Shown here: positions 1-10,019 of the stretch, one piece after another
Position numbering within the stretch: the stretch's first letter is position 1
How the letters are laid out: each line of letters begins with the position of its first letter
Source: Phycisphaeraceae bacterium
GTDB taxonomy: Bacteria; Planctomycetota; Phycisphaerae; Phycisphaerales; UBA1924
Length of the DNA: 64,000 nt
Direction of reading: 5' to 3'
NCBI GenBank assembly: GCA_021299385.1
Contig: JAJTGZ010000006.1
Span: forward strand, 9,926 to 73,925
Made by a program: the position numbers and the translations under genes
Notes under the pieces: generated by a model
Seen by the model: only the letters and a program-made list of their open reading frames with translations
What the model was told of the DNA's origin: nothing
Databases searched by the model: none

Positions 1-2
1 TC

Positions 3-536
3 GTCTACGACCTGCGCAGCACCAAGGCCGTGCTCGAAGAGATCGTCAAGGCCGGGGGCAAGCCCGTCCGCTCACGCGTCGGGCACGTCTTCATGAAGGG
101 GGCGCTCGCCGAGCAGAAGGCCGTCTTCGGCGGGGAACTCTCCGGGCACTTCTACTTCTCCAAAAACTTCAACGCCGACTCGGGTGTCATCGCCATGTGC
201 ACCATCCTGACGGTGCTGGCCAACACCGGCAAAACGCTCGGCGAGCTCATCAAGCCGATCGCCCGCTACCTCCAGAGCGGGGAGATCAACTTCCAGATCG
301 AGGACAAAGACGCCGCGCTCGCCAAAATCAAAGAGGCCTACGCCAAGCGTGGCAACCTCGACGAGCTCGACGGCGTAACCATCGACTGCTTCGCCAAGGA
401 CGGGTGGTGGGCCAACATCCGCAAAAGCAACACCGAGCCGCTCCTCCGCCTGAACCTAGAGGCCAAAGACCGCAAAACCCTCGACACGATATACAACCAA
501 CTCAGCCCGATGCTCGGGCACAAGGTCGATCACTAA
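3..536 (+). CDS. Phosphomannomutase/phosphoglucomutase, C-terminal part (5' truncated by window)
   Basis: Frame open from base 3: VYDLRST...RVGH, GGELSGHFYF sugar-binding loop, DGVTID...IRKSNTEPLLRLNLE. Confidence 0.9.
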   Translation, partial: VYDLRSTKAVLEEIVKAGGKPVRSRVGHVFMKGALAEQKAVFGGELSGHFYFSKNFNADSGVIAMCTILTVLANTGKTLGELIKPIARYLQSGEINFQIEDKDAALAKIKEAYAKRGNLDELDGVTIDCFAKDGWWANIRKSNTEPLLRLNLEAKDRKTLDTIYNQLSPMLGHKVDH

Positions 537-560
537 GAGAGCACCAAGACTCTACTTATT

Positions 561-585
561 GGTGGCACCGGCGTCGCGCCTGTGC
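561..585. repeat. REP-like hairpin (GTGG-footed)
   Basis: GGTG-GCACCGGCG-TCG-CGCCTGTGC, imperfect stem; similar to hairpins at 7231, 12367 and 57520. Confidence 0.4.
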
Positions 586-618
586 GGATCACGCGGGCAC
601 GGGTGTATAGGATTCGCC

Positions 619-891
619 ATGGTTGTCAACATCGACGTACCGGCGTGGCTCACCGACGCGCTCGCGGCCTCCACCGGGCAGCCCATCGACGTCGCCGCAC
701 GCGAGGCCTTGCTCATCGAGGCCTACCGCCGGCGCCTGCTAAGCGTTGGCAAACTCGCCGAGATACTCGGCATCAACTCCACACCGGCCGACCGCTGGCT
801 GGCCGACCGGGGCGTGCCGTTGAACTACGACGTGCAGGACCTAGAGGCAGACCGCAAGACGATCGACCGGCTGAAACGGGGCGGTGCGTGA
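619..891 (+). CDS. UPF0175 family putative antitoxin
   Basis: 90 aa; EAYRRRLLSVGKLAEILG...LADRGVPLNYDVQDLEAD pattern; lies upstream of a PIN gene; ATG 619 follows TAGGAT. Confidence 0.8.
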   Translation: MVVNIDVPAWLTDALAASTGQPIDVAAREALLIEAYRRRLLSVGKLAEILGINSTPADRWLADRGVPLNYDVQDLEADRKTIDRLKRGGA

Positions 892-1002
892 TCGCCGGGC
901 CGACCTGCCGGAAAAATAAAAAAATCGTGCTTGACTGCCCCTGGTGGTCGGGCTTAGACACCGCCATGCACCGGACCACGAGGCGCAAGATAGGTGGAAA
1001 CG

Positions 1003-1593
1003 ATGGGAAATGAGACCTTCCGCATCCTGCTTGACTCAGACCCGAACGATCAGCACGGTGGTGGTGCCGTTGCCGATACGTCCGTAATGAGCACGCTGTG
1101 CGAGATACAGCTCGCAGAGGCCGTGCTGGTTGCATACAGCCCCATAGTGATCCCCGCCGCGGTCTACGCGGAACTTCGGGCAGGCCCAAACTACCAGGTT
1201 TTTTCAGCACTCTGTCGGTCGAACACGATGAGTAACCGGGTTCACATTTTAGAGAGCGGCAGCACGTTGGCCATGACGTGCCCAGGCTCACGCCGGCGCA
1301 CCGACCCGATCAGCGCCACCGAGCAGGCGCAACTCCGCAGTCTTGGTGCCGGTGAAATAGCCGTCATTGAGCATGCCCGCGAGCTGGGTATCACCGCGCT
1401 GCTGGACGATGGTGCGGCAAGAAAGGTCGCCTCCCGCATGGACGTTGCCGTGCTGGGGACCATCGGCATTCTTGCCGAGGCCGCCAGGCAAGGCCTCGCG
1501 TCAGGCCCCGACGCGGCCGACCGGCTCGTTGCCGCCGGCTTCCGCGCGACGCCCGAGCTGCTCAACCAACTGCGAGTGATCCAGACCCCATGA
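1003..1593 (+). CDS. PIN-domain (DUF3368-like) putative toxin/nuclease
   Basis: VADTS, IPAAVYAEL, LGAGE, LLDDGAARKVA, VLGTIGIL motifs; start uncertain (994 or 1003). Confidence 0.8.
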   Translation: MGNETFRILLDSDPNDQHGGGAVADTSVMSTLCEIQLAEAVLVAYSPIVIPAAVYAELRAGPNYQVFSALCRSNTMSNRVHILESGSTLAMTCPGSRRRTDPISATEQAQLRSLGAGEIAVIEHARELGITALLDDGAARKVASRMDVAVLGTIGILAEAARQGLASGPDAADRLVAAGFRATPELLNQLRVIQTP

Positions 1594-3224
1594 CCATCGA
1601 CACCTTCCTGGAACACTGGAAGCTCGCCGAGCACCCGTTCCGGGGTGAAGAGGCACGACAGGATGCACTCCTGCTCCGCATGGTCGATGCCTCCGTCCGT
1701 GCCGCGGCACAGAACCCGCTGCGGCCCAGCCGCCTGCCCAGGCACCCAGACTACGACAAAATCGCCGGCGAGTTCAGCCGGCCGAGCACCTCCATCGTCT
1801 TCGGCGAAAAAGGCTCAGGCAAAACCGCCATCCGCATGCAGCTGGCCACCAGCGCCGCGGCGTACAACGCCGGCAACGCCGACAAACGCGTCCTGCTCGT
1901 CATACACGACGACCTCTCCGCACCACTTGCACGCCTGCACAACCGGCTACGCACCGTCAAGCGAGGCAAGGAAAGCCCCGCCGTTGACTCGCTCAAAAAA
2001 ATCCGACTCGCCGACCACGTTGACGCCCTGCTCATGCACGTCGTGCCCAACCTCGTCGATGCCCTGCTCGAGCACACCAGCACCGGAGCCACCACCGGCA
2101 CCAGCGAACGCATCGACCTGGGCGGCACCGAAGAAGGCCCACGCAAGGCCCTCCGCAGGCTCGACCGCAACCTCAAACGCGACCTGCTCGTCTTGCAAGT
2201 CCCCTACGACCGACCCGAGAACGGGCCGGAACGCACACGCGAACTCCGCAAGGCCCTCGGCGTACGCACCCCGCTGAGCGTTACCGTCGAGGACGTGCTC
2301 GCCTACGGCGGGTGGGTCGTCCCCGCGCTCGTCTTTGTCATGCTCGGCAAGCGCGGCGCGGCAATGCAGGACGCCGTCGCTGTTACCGCCTTCTTCATCG
2401 CCATGGGCCTCTGGCTCGTTGCCCTGCTCAAGCGCGCCGCGTCCGAACGCTTCGGCATCCGGGCCCGCGCACGCCGGCTTTACAGGCAACTGCGCACCAC
2501 GCCACGCTCGGAATGGTCGTTCATCAAGGCCATCCGCCAGCTGCCGCCGGGGTGGCGCGCCAGCACCTTGCTGCCGACGACCGACTCCGAAGAGGTGCGC
2601 CTGGCGATGCTCTCGCGCCTGGTGCGCGTGCTGCGGGCCTTTGGCTATGAGAGCGTGCTGGTCGTGATGGACCGCCTCGACGAGCCGCCGATCATCCAGG
2701 GGGACCCCGAGCGCATGAAGGCCGTCGTCTGGCCGCTGCTGAGCAACAGGTTCTTGCAGCAGGAGGCCATCGCCTTCAAGCTCCTGCTGCCGATGGACCT
2801 GCGCCACCAGTTGATGCGCGAGAGCGCGGCGTTCTTCCAGGATGCGCGCCTGGACAAGCAGTCGCTCATCGAGGCACTCTCATGGACGGGCGTTACGCTC
2901 TACGACCTGGCGACGCAACGCCTCTCGGCCTGCCGGCCACACGAGGCGGCGCCGATCACACTGTCGAGCCTCTTCGCACAGGACGTCTCACGCGAGCACC
3001 TGCTCGACTCGCTGGAGCAGATGCGCCAGCCCAGAGACGCGTTCAAGCTGCTCTATCAGTGCATCCAGGACCACTGCTCGCTGACAAACTTTGAGCAAGC
3101 CCAGCCCGCCGGGGAGGGTGTGCCTGGCGATGCGCTGCGCATCTCGCGCGCAACGCTCGACAACGCACGCAAGGCACAGGCCGAGCGCACGCGACAAGTA
3201 GCGATGGGCGTGCGGCCGGGTTGA
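1590..3224 (+). CDS. Uncharacterised P-loop NTPase with two internal transmembrane segments
   Basis: Walker A GEKGSGKT; Walker B-like VLVVMDRLDE; two hydrophobic helices mid-protein; ATGA overlap with PIN gene. Confidence 0.7.
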   Translation: MTIDTFLEHWKLAEHPFRGEEARQDALLLRMVDASVRAAAQNPLRPSRLPRHPDYDKIAGEFSRPSTSIVFGEKGSGKTAIRMQLATSAAAYNAGNADKRVLLVIHDDLSAPLARLHNRLRTVKRGKESPAVDSLKKIRLADHVDALLMHVVPNLVDALLEHTSTGATTGTSERIDLGGTEEGPRKALRRLDRNLKRDLLVLQVPYDRPENGPERTRELRKALGVRTPLSVTVEDVLAYGGWVVPALVFVMLGKRGAAMQDAVAVTAFFIAMGLWLVALLKRAASERFGIRARARRLYRQLRTTPRSEWSFIKAIRQLPPGWRASTLLPTTDSEEVRLAMLSRLVRVLRAFGYESVLVVMDRLDEPPIIQGDPERMKAVVWPLLSNRFLQQEAIAFKLLLPMDLRHQLMRESAAFFQDARLDKQSLIEALSWTGVTLYDLATQRLSACRPHEAAPITLSSLFAQDVSREHLLDSLEQMRQPRDAFKLLYQCIQDHCSLTNFEQAQPAGEGVPGDALRISRATLDNARKAQAERTRQVAMGVRPG

Positions 3225-3420
3225 TGATGTGGGTGGGTGTTGACGATCCCCACCACTTTGCGCACACCCCTACGGCGACGTTTACACCCCCGCTGGGACG
3301 TGCATGTCGGGGAGGCTCCAGATGTATATCCGACCCCGCCGATCGGCTCCTGGGCGATCGTGGTGCATGTCCACCTTTGATCGCAACGGCGCGGAGATAC
3401 GAACGCTCTTTGGGGAGGGA

Positions 3421-5316
3421 TTACTTGACGGCCCCCGGCGGGCGTGCGGGCATTTCGAGGGCTTTGGTTGGCTCGGCGGCGGGGTCGAGTTTATCGACCA
3501 GGAAGAGGTATTGTTTTTGCCGAGGGTGGGGCGAAATGCCCGAGAGCACGTGCGGGTCAAAGAGATAGACCTGGTTGTAGTGAAAGATGGGGATCATCGG
3601 CGCCTGCTCCTCGATGACCATTTTCTCGGCTTGCGAGAGGATGTCGTAGCGTTTATCGGCGTCGAGTTCGGCGTCGGCAGCTTCGAGCAGGTCGTCGTAG
3701 GGCTTGTACGAGAACCCGCGGTCGTTGTTCCCGTCGCCGGTGCGGTTGAGGTCGAGGAACGTCAGCGGATCGCCGTAGTCGCCGAACCAGGCGGCCCGGC
3801 TGACCATGTAGTTTTTCTGCTTGAGGTCGTTGCGGAAGACCTTGATCTCGCGCTGGCGGAGCGAGACGCTGACGCCGAGGTTGCGTTCCCAGTCCGACGC
3901 CACGGCCTGGGCGATCACGTCGTGCCCCGCGTCGCGGTTGAAGAGGATGTCCACCGTCGGCATCCCCTTCCCACCCGGATACCCCGCCTCGGCCAGGAGT
4001 TTGCGCGCGCCCTCGGGGTCATAGGCAATCCCGGCGGGGGATGCATAGCCCGGCAGTGAGCCGGGGGGGATCAGGACGCTGGCGGTGCGCTCGTCCATCC
4101 GCCGGATGTTCTTGGCGATGTTGTCGCGGTCCATCGCCATGGCAAAGGCCCTGCGCACGCGGGCATCGACGAAGGGGTTGTCGCGCCCGTCGGGGAGCTT
4201 GGCCTGGCAGTTGAAGTTGTAAAAATACGTCCCGAAGGCGGGCACGGCGTGGATGTTCTGCCTGCTATCTCTGGGCATCCGGCGGTCAATAGCAAACTGG
4301 TCCAGGCCCTGGGCCACCAGCGCGTTGTACCGCTGCTGGTGCTCGCGGATGTACTGCCGTTTGGCCTCGAGCAGGTCCCCTCGATAGTCGGCGGTAACGT
4401 CGCTGACCCAATCAACGCTCCCGGCCTGATACGCCAGCACCGTCGCGTTGCGGTCCTCGACGCTGGGGATGTTGACGGTCTGCATGTGGATGCTGCCGGC
4501 ATCCCAGTAGTGCGGGTTCTTCTCTAACCGCACGTCGCGCTTGAAGCGCCACGCCGCGAGCGTGTACGGCCCGTTGCTGACCAGCCGGTCGGGGCGCGTC
4601 CAGTCGTAGCGCGTGTTGACGCGCGCGGTGATCGGGTCGATGACCTGGTGCGCATCGAGCAACTCGGGGTAGAGCGGGGCCATGACCTCAAAGGCGAGCA
4701 CATCGAGCATGTACGGCACCGGGCGCTCGGTGGTGAGCACCAGTGTTCGATCGTCGACGGCCTTGAGCGCGACAAGCTCGTCAAACTTGGCCAGCGTCTG
4801 TTCGTAGAGCCTCTGTGCCTCGGCGGGGCGTGGTTGGCCCTGGCCCTCGGCGGCGAAGCGGGCGAGGGCCTCGTCGCGCCAGGTGGTGAAGGCCTTGCCG
4901 CCGGCGATGAGGTGAAAGAGTTTGACGTAGTCCCCGGCGGTGTCGGGGAGCATCCCCCGGCGGAAGGCGTAGACGAAATCGCCGGCGACGACGGGCTGGC
5001 CGTTGCTCCAGCGGGCGTCTGGGCGGAGGTGGAAGGTCCAGGTGAGGCCGTCGGCGGAGGTTTCCCATCGCTCGGCAACGCCGGGGACTTTGGCATAGGT
5101 GTGGGTGAAGAGGTCGTTGCGTACGAGCGGCTCAAAGAGCATCGCGGCGACGCGGAGGTCCTGGGCCCAGCTCATGCGCGAGAGGTCGAGCGTGGTCAGG
5201 TCGCCACGGTTGATGAAGGAGAAGTCGGCACGGGTGGAGGCACGGCGGGATGCGATCAGGCCGAGCGTGGCGAGTGCGAGCAGTGCGATGCCGAGCGTGA
5301 TGAGGGGCCGACGCAT
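3421..5316 (-). CDS. Peptide ABC transporter substrate-binding protein (OppA family)
   Basis: N-terminal hydrophobic anchor; PGVAERWETSADGLTWTFHLR, ARWSNG.PV.A.DF, VSNGPY, KNPHYWD, RVRRAFAMAMDR. Confidence 0.9.
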   Translation of the reverse strand: MRRPLITLGIALLALATLGLIASRRASTRADFSFINRGDLTTLDLSRMSWAQDLRVAAMLFEPLVRNDLFTHTYAKVPGVAERWETSADGLTWTFHLRPDARWSNGQPVVAGDFVYAFRRGMLPDTAGDYVKLFHLIAGGKAFTTWRDEALARFAAEGQGQPRPAEAQRLYEQTLAKFDELVALKAVDDRTLVLTTERPVPYMLDVLAFEVMAPLYPELLDAHQVIDPITARVNTRYDWTRPDRLVSNGPYTLAAWRFKRDVRLEKNPHYWDAGSIHMQTVNIPSVEDRNATVLAYQAGSVDWVSDVTADYRGDLLEAKRQYIREHQQRYNALVAQGLDQFAIDRRMPRDSRQNIHAVPAFGTYFYNFNCQAKLPDGRDNPFVDARVRRAFAMAMDRDNIAKNIRRMDERTASVLIPPGSLPGYASPAGIAYDPEGARKLLAEAGYPGGKGMPTVDILFNRDAGHDVIAQAVASDWERNLGVSVSLRQREIKVFRNDLKQKNYMVSRAAWFGDYGDPLTFLDLNRTGDGNNDRGFSYKPYDDLLEAADAELDADKRYDILSQAEKMVIEEQAPMIPIFHYNQVYLFDPHVLSGISPHPRQKQYLFLVDKLDPAAEPTKALEMPARPPGAVK

Positions 5317-5486
5317 GAGCAAGGGTAGTGCGGGGGTTTTGAGGCCAGGGAGAAGAGGTTCGCGGAGGGGGATGGGGGCGTGAAGTACGCAGACCCGATC
5401 AACTTCCGATTGCCGGTGGTGCCGCCAATACAGACAGCGCAAACTCATACGGATCAACACGGGATTCGTGCGTGCGAAGTGGCCAA

Positions 5487-5521
5487 CCCCACCCCTGCCC
5501 CTCCCCTCGGGGGAGGGGTTC
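5487..5521. repeat. 35-bp dispersed palindromic repeat, copy 1
   Basis: CCCCACCCCTGCCCCTCCCCTCGGGGGAGGGGTTC; identical at 27902, 38237 (rc) and 62519 (rc). Confidence 0.9.
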
Positions 5522-5628
5522 TGAATCAAAAACATTCGCGATCCGCGTCGTTTCTTCCTCTGCGTTGCTCTGCCAAGCTCCGCCCCCTCGGCGAACCTCT
5601 TTGCCTTGCGTGAGACTACCCTAAGGGC

Positions 5629-7077
5629 GTGGACCACCTTTCAGTATTTGACATGTTCAAGGTCGGCGTCGGGCCGAGTTCGTCGCACACGATGGGGCCG
5701 TGGCGTGCGACGGAGCGGTTCCTGGCGTTTTTGCGCGCTTGCGGGGTGTTTGAGCGGGTCAGGCGGGTGCGGGTGGATTTGTTTGGGTCGCTGTCAAAGA
5801 CCGGGCATGGGCACGGGACGGATGTAGCCGTGATCTTGGCGCTGACGGGGGACGACCCTGTTACGTGCGACACCGCCAGCATCGACGCGCGGACCGCGGC
5901 GGTGCGGGCGGGCAAGCAGATCACGCTGGGGGGGACGCGCAAGGGGTTTGCCTTTGACCCGGCACGGGAAATCATCTTCCGCAGCGAGACGCTCGCTTAT
6001 CACCCCAACGCGATGACGTGCACGGCGACGCTGGATGATGGGGTGGAGGTTGCGCAGACCTACTACTCCATCGGGGGGGGCTTTGTGGTGCAGGAGGGTG
6101 CGGAGGGCGCGGGGGATGCCAGGCCTGCACCGCCGTTTATCATCCATACGGGCGCGGACCTGCTGCGTGCGTGCGTGGCGACGGGCAAGAGCATCCCGGA
6201 GATTGTGCTGGCCAACGAGTGCGCGTGGCGGAGTGAGGCGGAGGTGCGTGCGGGGCTATTGCACATCTGGCAGACGATGACCGAGTGCATCTGGCGCGGC
6301 TGCCACACGTTTGGGACGCTGCCGGGCGGGCTGAACGTGCGCCGGCGAGCGGCAGAGATGAGCGGCCGGCTGCTGGGGGTTGCCTCCGGGTTTGCCGGGG
6401 ACCACACCGGTGGGGACATTGGGGCGTGGAAGGACGCGGTGCGGGCGGCGGGTCAGGACTTCACGAAGATCAACAAGTGGGTGAGCTGCTTTGCGCTGGC
6501 CGTCAACGAGGAGAACGCCTGCTTTGGGCGTGTGGTAACGGCACCGACGAACGGGGCGGCGGGCGTGATCCCGGCGGTGATGATGTACTACGACCGGTTC
6601 TGCGCGAGCACGCCGGGGGGGATTGTGGACTTCATGCTCGTGGCCGGGCAGGTCGGTGCGCTGTTCAAGCGGAACGCGACGATCAGCGCGGCGATGGGTG
6701 GGTGCCAGGCCGAGATCGGGGTGAGCAGCGCGATGGCGGCGGCGGGGCTGTCGCAGGCGACGCTGGGTGAGCTGGCGACGCCGGCGCGGGTGTTGATGGC
6801 CGCTGAGATCGCGATGGAGCACCACCTGGGGATGACGTGCGACCCGATCAACGGGCTGGTGCAGATCCCGTGCATCGAGCGGAACACGATGGGTGCGATC
6901 AAGGCGATCACGGCGACGAACATCGCATGCGAGAGCGACCCGGCGGGCGCGAAGGTGAGTTTCGATGACGTGGTGCGGACGATGTGGCAGACGTCGCTGG
7001 ACATGCAGAGCAAGTACAAAGAGACCGCCGAGGGTGGGCTGGCGGTGAATGTAACGGTGGGGTTGAGTGAGTGCTAG
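5629..7077 (+). CDS. sdaA: L-serine ammonia-lyase (Fe-S dependent, single chain)
   Basis: [66 protein letters not shown]. Confidence 0.95.
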   Translation: MDHLSVFDMFKVGVGPSSSHTMGPWRATERFLAFLRACGVFERVRRVRVDLFGSLSKTGHGHGTDVAVILALTGDDPVTCDTASIDARTAAVRAGKQITLGGTRKGFAFDPAREIIFRSETLAYHPNAMTCTATLDDGVEVAQTYYSIGGGFVVQEGAEGAGDARPAPPFIIHTGADLLRACVATGKSIPEIVLANECAWRSEAEVRAGLLHIWQTMTECIWRGCHTFGTLPGGLNVRRRAAEMSGRLLGVASGFAGDHTGGDIGAWKDAVRAAGQDFTKINKWVSCFALAVNEENACFGRVVTAPTNGAAGVIPAVMMYYDRFCASTPGGIVDFMLVAGQVGALFKRNATISAAMGGCQAEIGVSSAMAAAGLSQATLGELATPARVLMAAEIAMEHHLGMTCDPINGLVQIPCIERNTMGAIKAITATNIACESDPAGAKVSFDDVVRTMWQTSLDMQSKYKETAEGGLAVNVTVGLSEC

Positions 7078-7116
7078 GGGTGCGGGGCGGGGGTTTTAAC
7101 CTGCGCACAAAGGCAG

Positions 7117-7218
7117 TTCACCACAGAGGCACGGAGGCACAGAGAATACAGGGGCGGGGGAAGAATCAAAGACCAAAGTCCCTGTCTTTCTCGGTGCCTC
7201 GGTGCCTCAGTGGTGGAA
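7117..7218. repeat. Inverted-arm element built from 9-mers (ACCACAGAGGCACGGAGGCACAGAG ... CTCGGTGCCTCGGTGCCTCAGTGGT)
   Basis: Complementary arms around a unique spacer; second copy at 15804-15921; both lie between convergent genes. Confidence 0.8.
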
Positions 7219-7230
7219 TCTATCTGCTGT

Positions 7231-7252
7231 GCATGCTGGAAGCCTGCCCTAC
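7231..7252 (-). repeat. GTAG-footed REP-like hairpin
   Basis: Minus strand reads GTAGGGCAGGCTTCCAGCATGC. Confidence 0.4.
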
Positions 7253-7324
7253 TGAGAGCTGCCCCTGCCGATCTTCGCCAGAACGATCTGGGGGTGGGGT
7301 TCTGATGAGCGTGTGCGGGGGTTG

Positions 7325-7924
7325 TTACTTTGTTGATGGGAGTGGTGGGAGGGTGTCGGCTGGCGGGGCAGAGGGTGCGCTGATGCGCTCGGCGAAGAAG
7401 ATGACGGTGCCGTTGCGGTCGGGTGGGGCGGGTGAGCGCTGGCCACGCTGGATGGTGGTGGTGCCTGCGAGGGTGGCGGTGGGGAGTGGGTAGAGGTCGG
7501 TGAGGAGTTCGCGGACTCGGTTTTGTGGGATGAAGGAGACCTGGCCGTCGAGGGTGAGTTGGCCGTCGGCGCCGGGGGGGAGGACGACGGGGATCTCGAA
7601 GCGCTGGACCGACTCGCCGGGGACGACGAGTTTGGCATCGCGCTGAGCGGTGAAGGTGCCGACGGCGGCGCGGGAGGAGTAGTTGATGGCTTTGAGCGGG
7701 ATCTCCCGGTCGCTTGGGTTCTGCGCATCGACAACGACGTGCAGGACGGTGGCCTGGGGGTTTTCGGAATAGACATAGGCCTCGCGGACGGAGAGGACCG
7801 GGGACTGGCCGGCGCACCCGGCTAGGAGGGGTGCGAAGAGGGCGAGGGCCACGAAGCACGCAATAGGCCGACGCGCGGTGCGGGCGTGTGCGGGCGTGGT
7901 TGCGCTGGGTTGGGCGTGTGTCAT
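7325..7924 (-). CDS. Lipoprotein, LEA type-2-like
   Basis: Lipobox LLAGC; VVDAQNPSDREIPLKAINY and VVPGESVQRFEIPV resemble LEA_2. Confidence 0.6.
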   Translation of the reverse strand: MTHAQPSATTPAHARTARRPIACFVALALFAPLLAGCAGQSPVLSVREAYVYSENPQATVLHVVVDAQNPSDREIPLKAINYSSRAAVGTFTAQRDAKLVVPGESVQRFEIPVVLPPGADGQLTLDGQVSFIPQNRVRELLTDLYPLPTATLAGTTTIQRGQRSPAPPDRNGTVIFFAERISAPSAPPADTLPPLPSTK

Positions 7925-8169
7925 CGCCAGAGGATATCGGCCCGGCAACGAGGGTGCGGGTTGTTTACTTGCGTGCTAGGCGCTTGCTCGGTGCGGGTGG
8001 AGCGGAGACTGGCCCGAAGACTGGCCCGAAGACTTGGTTAGGGGCGGAAGCCATGGCTTGGGTACGTGGGCAGGGTGCGAAGGTGAGGTCTGTGCAAGCG
8101 TGCGGGGCTGTGCCTGTGAGAGGGACAAGGGCAGCAGCGTTGATTGTTTGCGGGACAGATACCTGTTTT

Positions 8170-8790
8170 TTAAGGGTTTCTGCGGTTCCACTCGGCCTTG
8201 ACGAGTGCGACGGCTTGGACGACGGTGGCCTGAAGGTCGCGGTTGACGAGGAAGGCGTTGTAGACGCCGCAGGAGTGGGCGATTTCCATCTCGCGTCGGG
8301 CCTGGCCGAAGCGGCGTTGGATGGTGGATTCGTCTTCGCGTTTGCGTTGTCGGAGGCGTGCCAGGAGGGTTTGCTCGTCGGGGGGGAGGATGAAGATGGA
8401 CATGGCCGAGGGATGGGCTTTGTGGATGTTGATGGCGCCTTGGACGTCGATTTCGAGGATGACCAGTCGTCCCTCGGCGAGGCGCTGATGGACCCAGGCT
8501 TTGGGGGTGCCGTAGCGTTTACCGAAGACGCCAGCGTGTTCGAGGAACTCGCCCTGGGCGATCATGGCGTCAAACTGTGCGTCGTTGATGAAGTGGTAGT
8601 CGAGTCCCTCGCGGTCGGCATCGGTTTTGGGTCTGGTGGTGGCCGAGACGGAGAAGATGGCTTGGGGGATGTGCTCTTCGAGTGCGCGGGTGATGGTGGT
8701 TTTGCCAACGCCGCTGGGGCCGGAGATGACCAGGAGCATGCCGAGGTGCCTGTGGTCGGGTGTGTGGTTGGGCGGTTGGCGTTGGGCCAT
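8170..8790 (-). CDS. gmk: Guanylate kinase
   Basis: SGPSGVGKTT, SVSATTR, EGLDYHF, FLEHA.VFG..YGT, LEIDVQGA. Confidence 0.95.
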   Translation of the reverse strand: MAQRQPPNHTPDHRHLGMLLVISGPSGVGKTTITRALEEHIPQAIFSVSATTRPKTDADREGLDYHFINDAQFDAMIAQGEFLEHAGVFGKRYGTPKAWVHQRLAEGRLVILEIDVQGAINIHKAHPSAMSIFILPPDEQTLLARLRQRKREDESTIQRRFGQARREMEIAHSCGVYNAFLVNRDLQATVVQAVALVKAEWNRRNP

Positions 8791-8861
8791 AGGGGCGAGG
8801 ATAACCGAGCCGATGGTCGGGGGCGCGGGATGACCCCTGGTGCCGGCCGCTAGTGTTGTTG

Positions 8862-9707
8862 ATGCCGACCAAACCTGCCGAGTTGCTCGATAGAGGCCTG
8901 CCACCGGCACCGGTGCGGATCGGGTGTGTGAAGTACCTGAACACGTTGCCGTTGGTGGAGGGTTTGGGTGCGAACGCGGGTCTGCGGCTGCGTGGTGCGG
9001 CGCCTGCGGAGCTCGGTGGGATGCTCGGGCGTGGTGAGATTGATGTGGGGCTGGTGTCGCTGGTTGATTACGCCAGGAGCGCGGTGCCGTTGGCGTTGAT
9101 GAGTTGCGGGGGCATCGGGTGCGATGGTGCGACGCTGACGGTTCGGGTGTTTTCGCGTGTGCCGGCTGGGGAGATCAGGGAGTTGCACGCGGACATCGAG
9201 AGCCACACGAGCGTGGTGCTGGCGCAGGTGGTGCTGGCGCGTGCGTTTGGCAACCGTGTGAAGGTGGTGGGGTTTGATGCGTGCGCGCACGGGGGCGAGT
9301 GGCCCGAGGCGGTGCTGCTGATCGGGGACAAGGTGGTCAGTGATGCGCCGCCGGGGGAGGTGTATGGCTATGAGTTGGATTTGGGTGAGCAGTGGAAGGC
9401 GTTGACGGGGCTGCCGTTTGTGTACGCGGCGTGGATGTGCCGGGGTGAGGATGCGGGTGCGGAGTGGGTGCGGGAGGTGGGGCGGTTGCTGGAGCGGCAG
9501 CGCCTGCGGAACACGATGCGGACGGGTTGGTTGATTGATAAGGCCGTGCAGGAGCACCGGTGGCCGAGGGAGTTGGCGGTGCGGTATGTGACGGAGTATC
9601 TGCGGTATGAGATCGGTGCGGGGCAGCGCGAGGGGATTGCGCGGTTCTTTGCTGAGGGGGTCGCGCTGGGGCTGCTGCCGGGGCGGGAGATGGTGTGGGT
9701 GGAGTAA
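8862..9707 (+). CDS. mqnA: Chorismate dehydratase (futalosine menaquinone pathway)
   Basis: IGCVKYLNTLPL, SHTSVVL, LLIGD, DLGEQWKALTGLPFVYAAW. Confidence 0.9.
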   Translation: MPTKPAELLDRGLPPAPVRIGCVKYLNTLPLVEGLGANAGLRLRGAAPAELGGMLGRGEIDVGLVSLVDYARSAVPLALMSCGGIGCDGATLTVRVFSRVPAGEIRELHADIESHTSVVLAQVVLARAFGNRVKVVGFDACAHGGEWPEAVLLIGDKVVSDAPPGEVYGYELDLGEQWKALTGLPFVYAAWMCRGEDAGAEWVREVGRLLERQRLRNTMRTGWLIDKAVQEHRWPRELAVRYVTEYLRYEIGAGQREGIARFFAEGVALGLLPGREMVWVE

Positions 9708-9734
9708 GAGCGCACGGCAGCGTTGGCACCATGG

Positions 9735-10019
9735 CTACTGGCCGTTTGGGGTGGGACTTGGTGGGCGGGGGACCTGGATTTCTTCGATGGTGATGCGCCT
9801 GGCGGTGAGGTGGTCGGGGTGGATATCGACCTCTTCGCGCACTTTGGTGCGTGCCTGGCCCTGGCCCATGGGGGTTTGGACGGGTTCGTTGTGCTCGGTG
9901 GAGGAGAGTTCGATGGTGCGTGGTTGGTTAGCCGGTGCGCGGACGTCGGTGCGCACGGCCTTGGCGACCTCGCCGAAGAAGGCACCGAGATTGCGCATCA
10001 GGCTTGCCTGGTGGCTCAT
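9735..10019 (-). CDS. Small hypothetical protein (94 aa)
   Basis: MSHQASLMRNLGAFFGEVAKAV...VREEV...ARRITIEEI; ATGA overlap with aat stop; TACCAT 5 nt upstream. Confidence 0.65.
   Translation of the reverse strand: MSHQASLMRNLGAFFGEVAKAVRTDVRAPANQPRTIELSSTEHNEPVQTPMGQGQARTKVREEVDIHPDHLTARRITIEEIQVPRPPSPTPNGQ

Noticed and set aside
5317..5637. N-terminal extensions in the ORF track (oppA, def, ugd, trxA, ubiX, dnaE, mcsA, IMPase)
   Set aside because: They run through repeats or opposite-strand genes; recognisable sequence and start signals begin downstream.
8005..8033. 12-bp tandem duplication (AGACTGGCCCGA, 2.4 units)
   Set aside because: Short, single occurrence, consistent with simple slippage.
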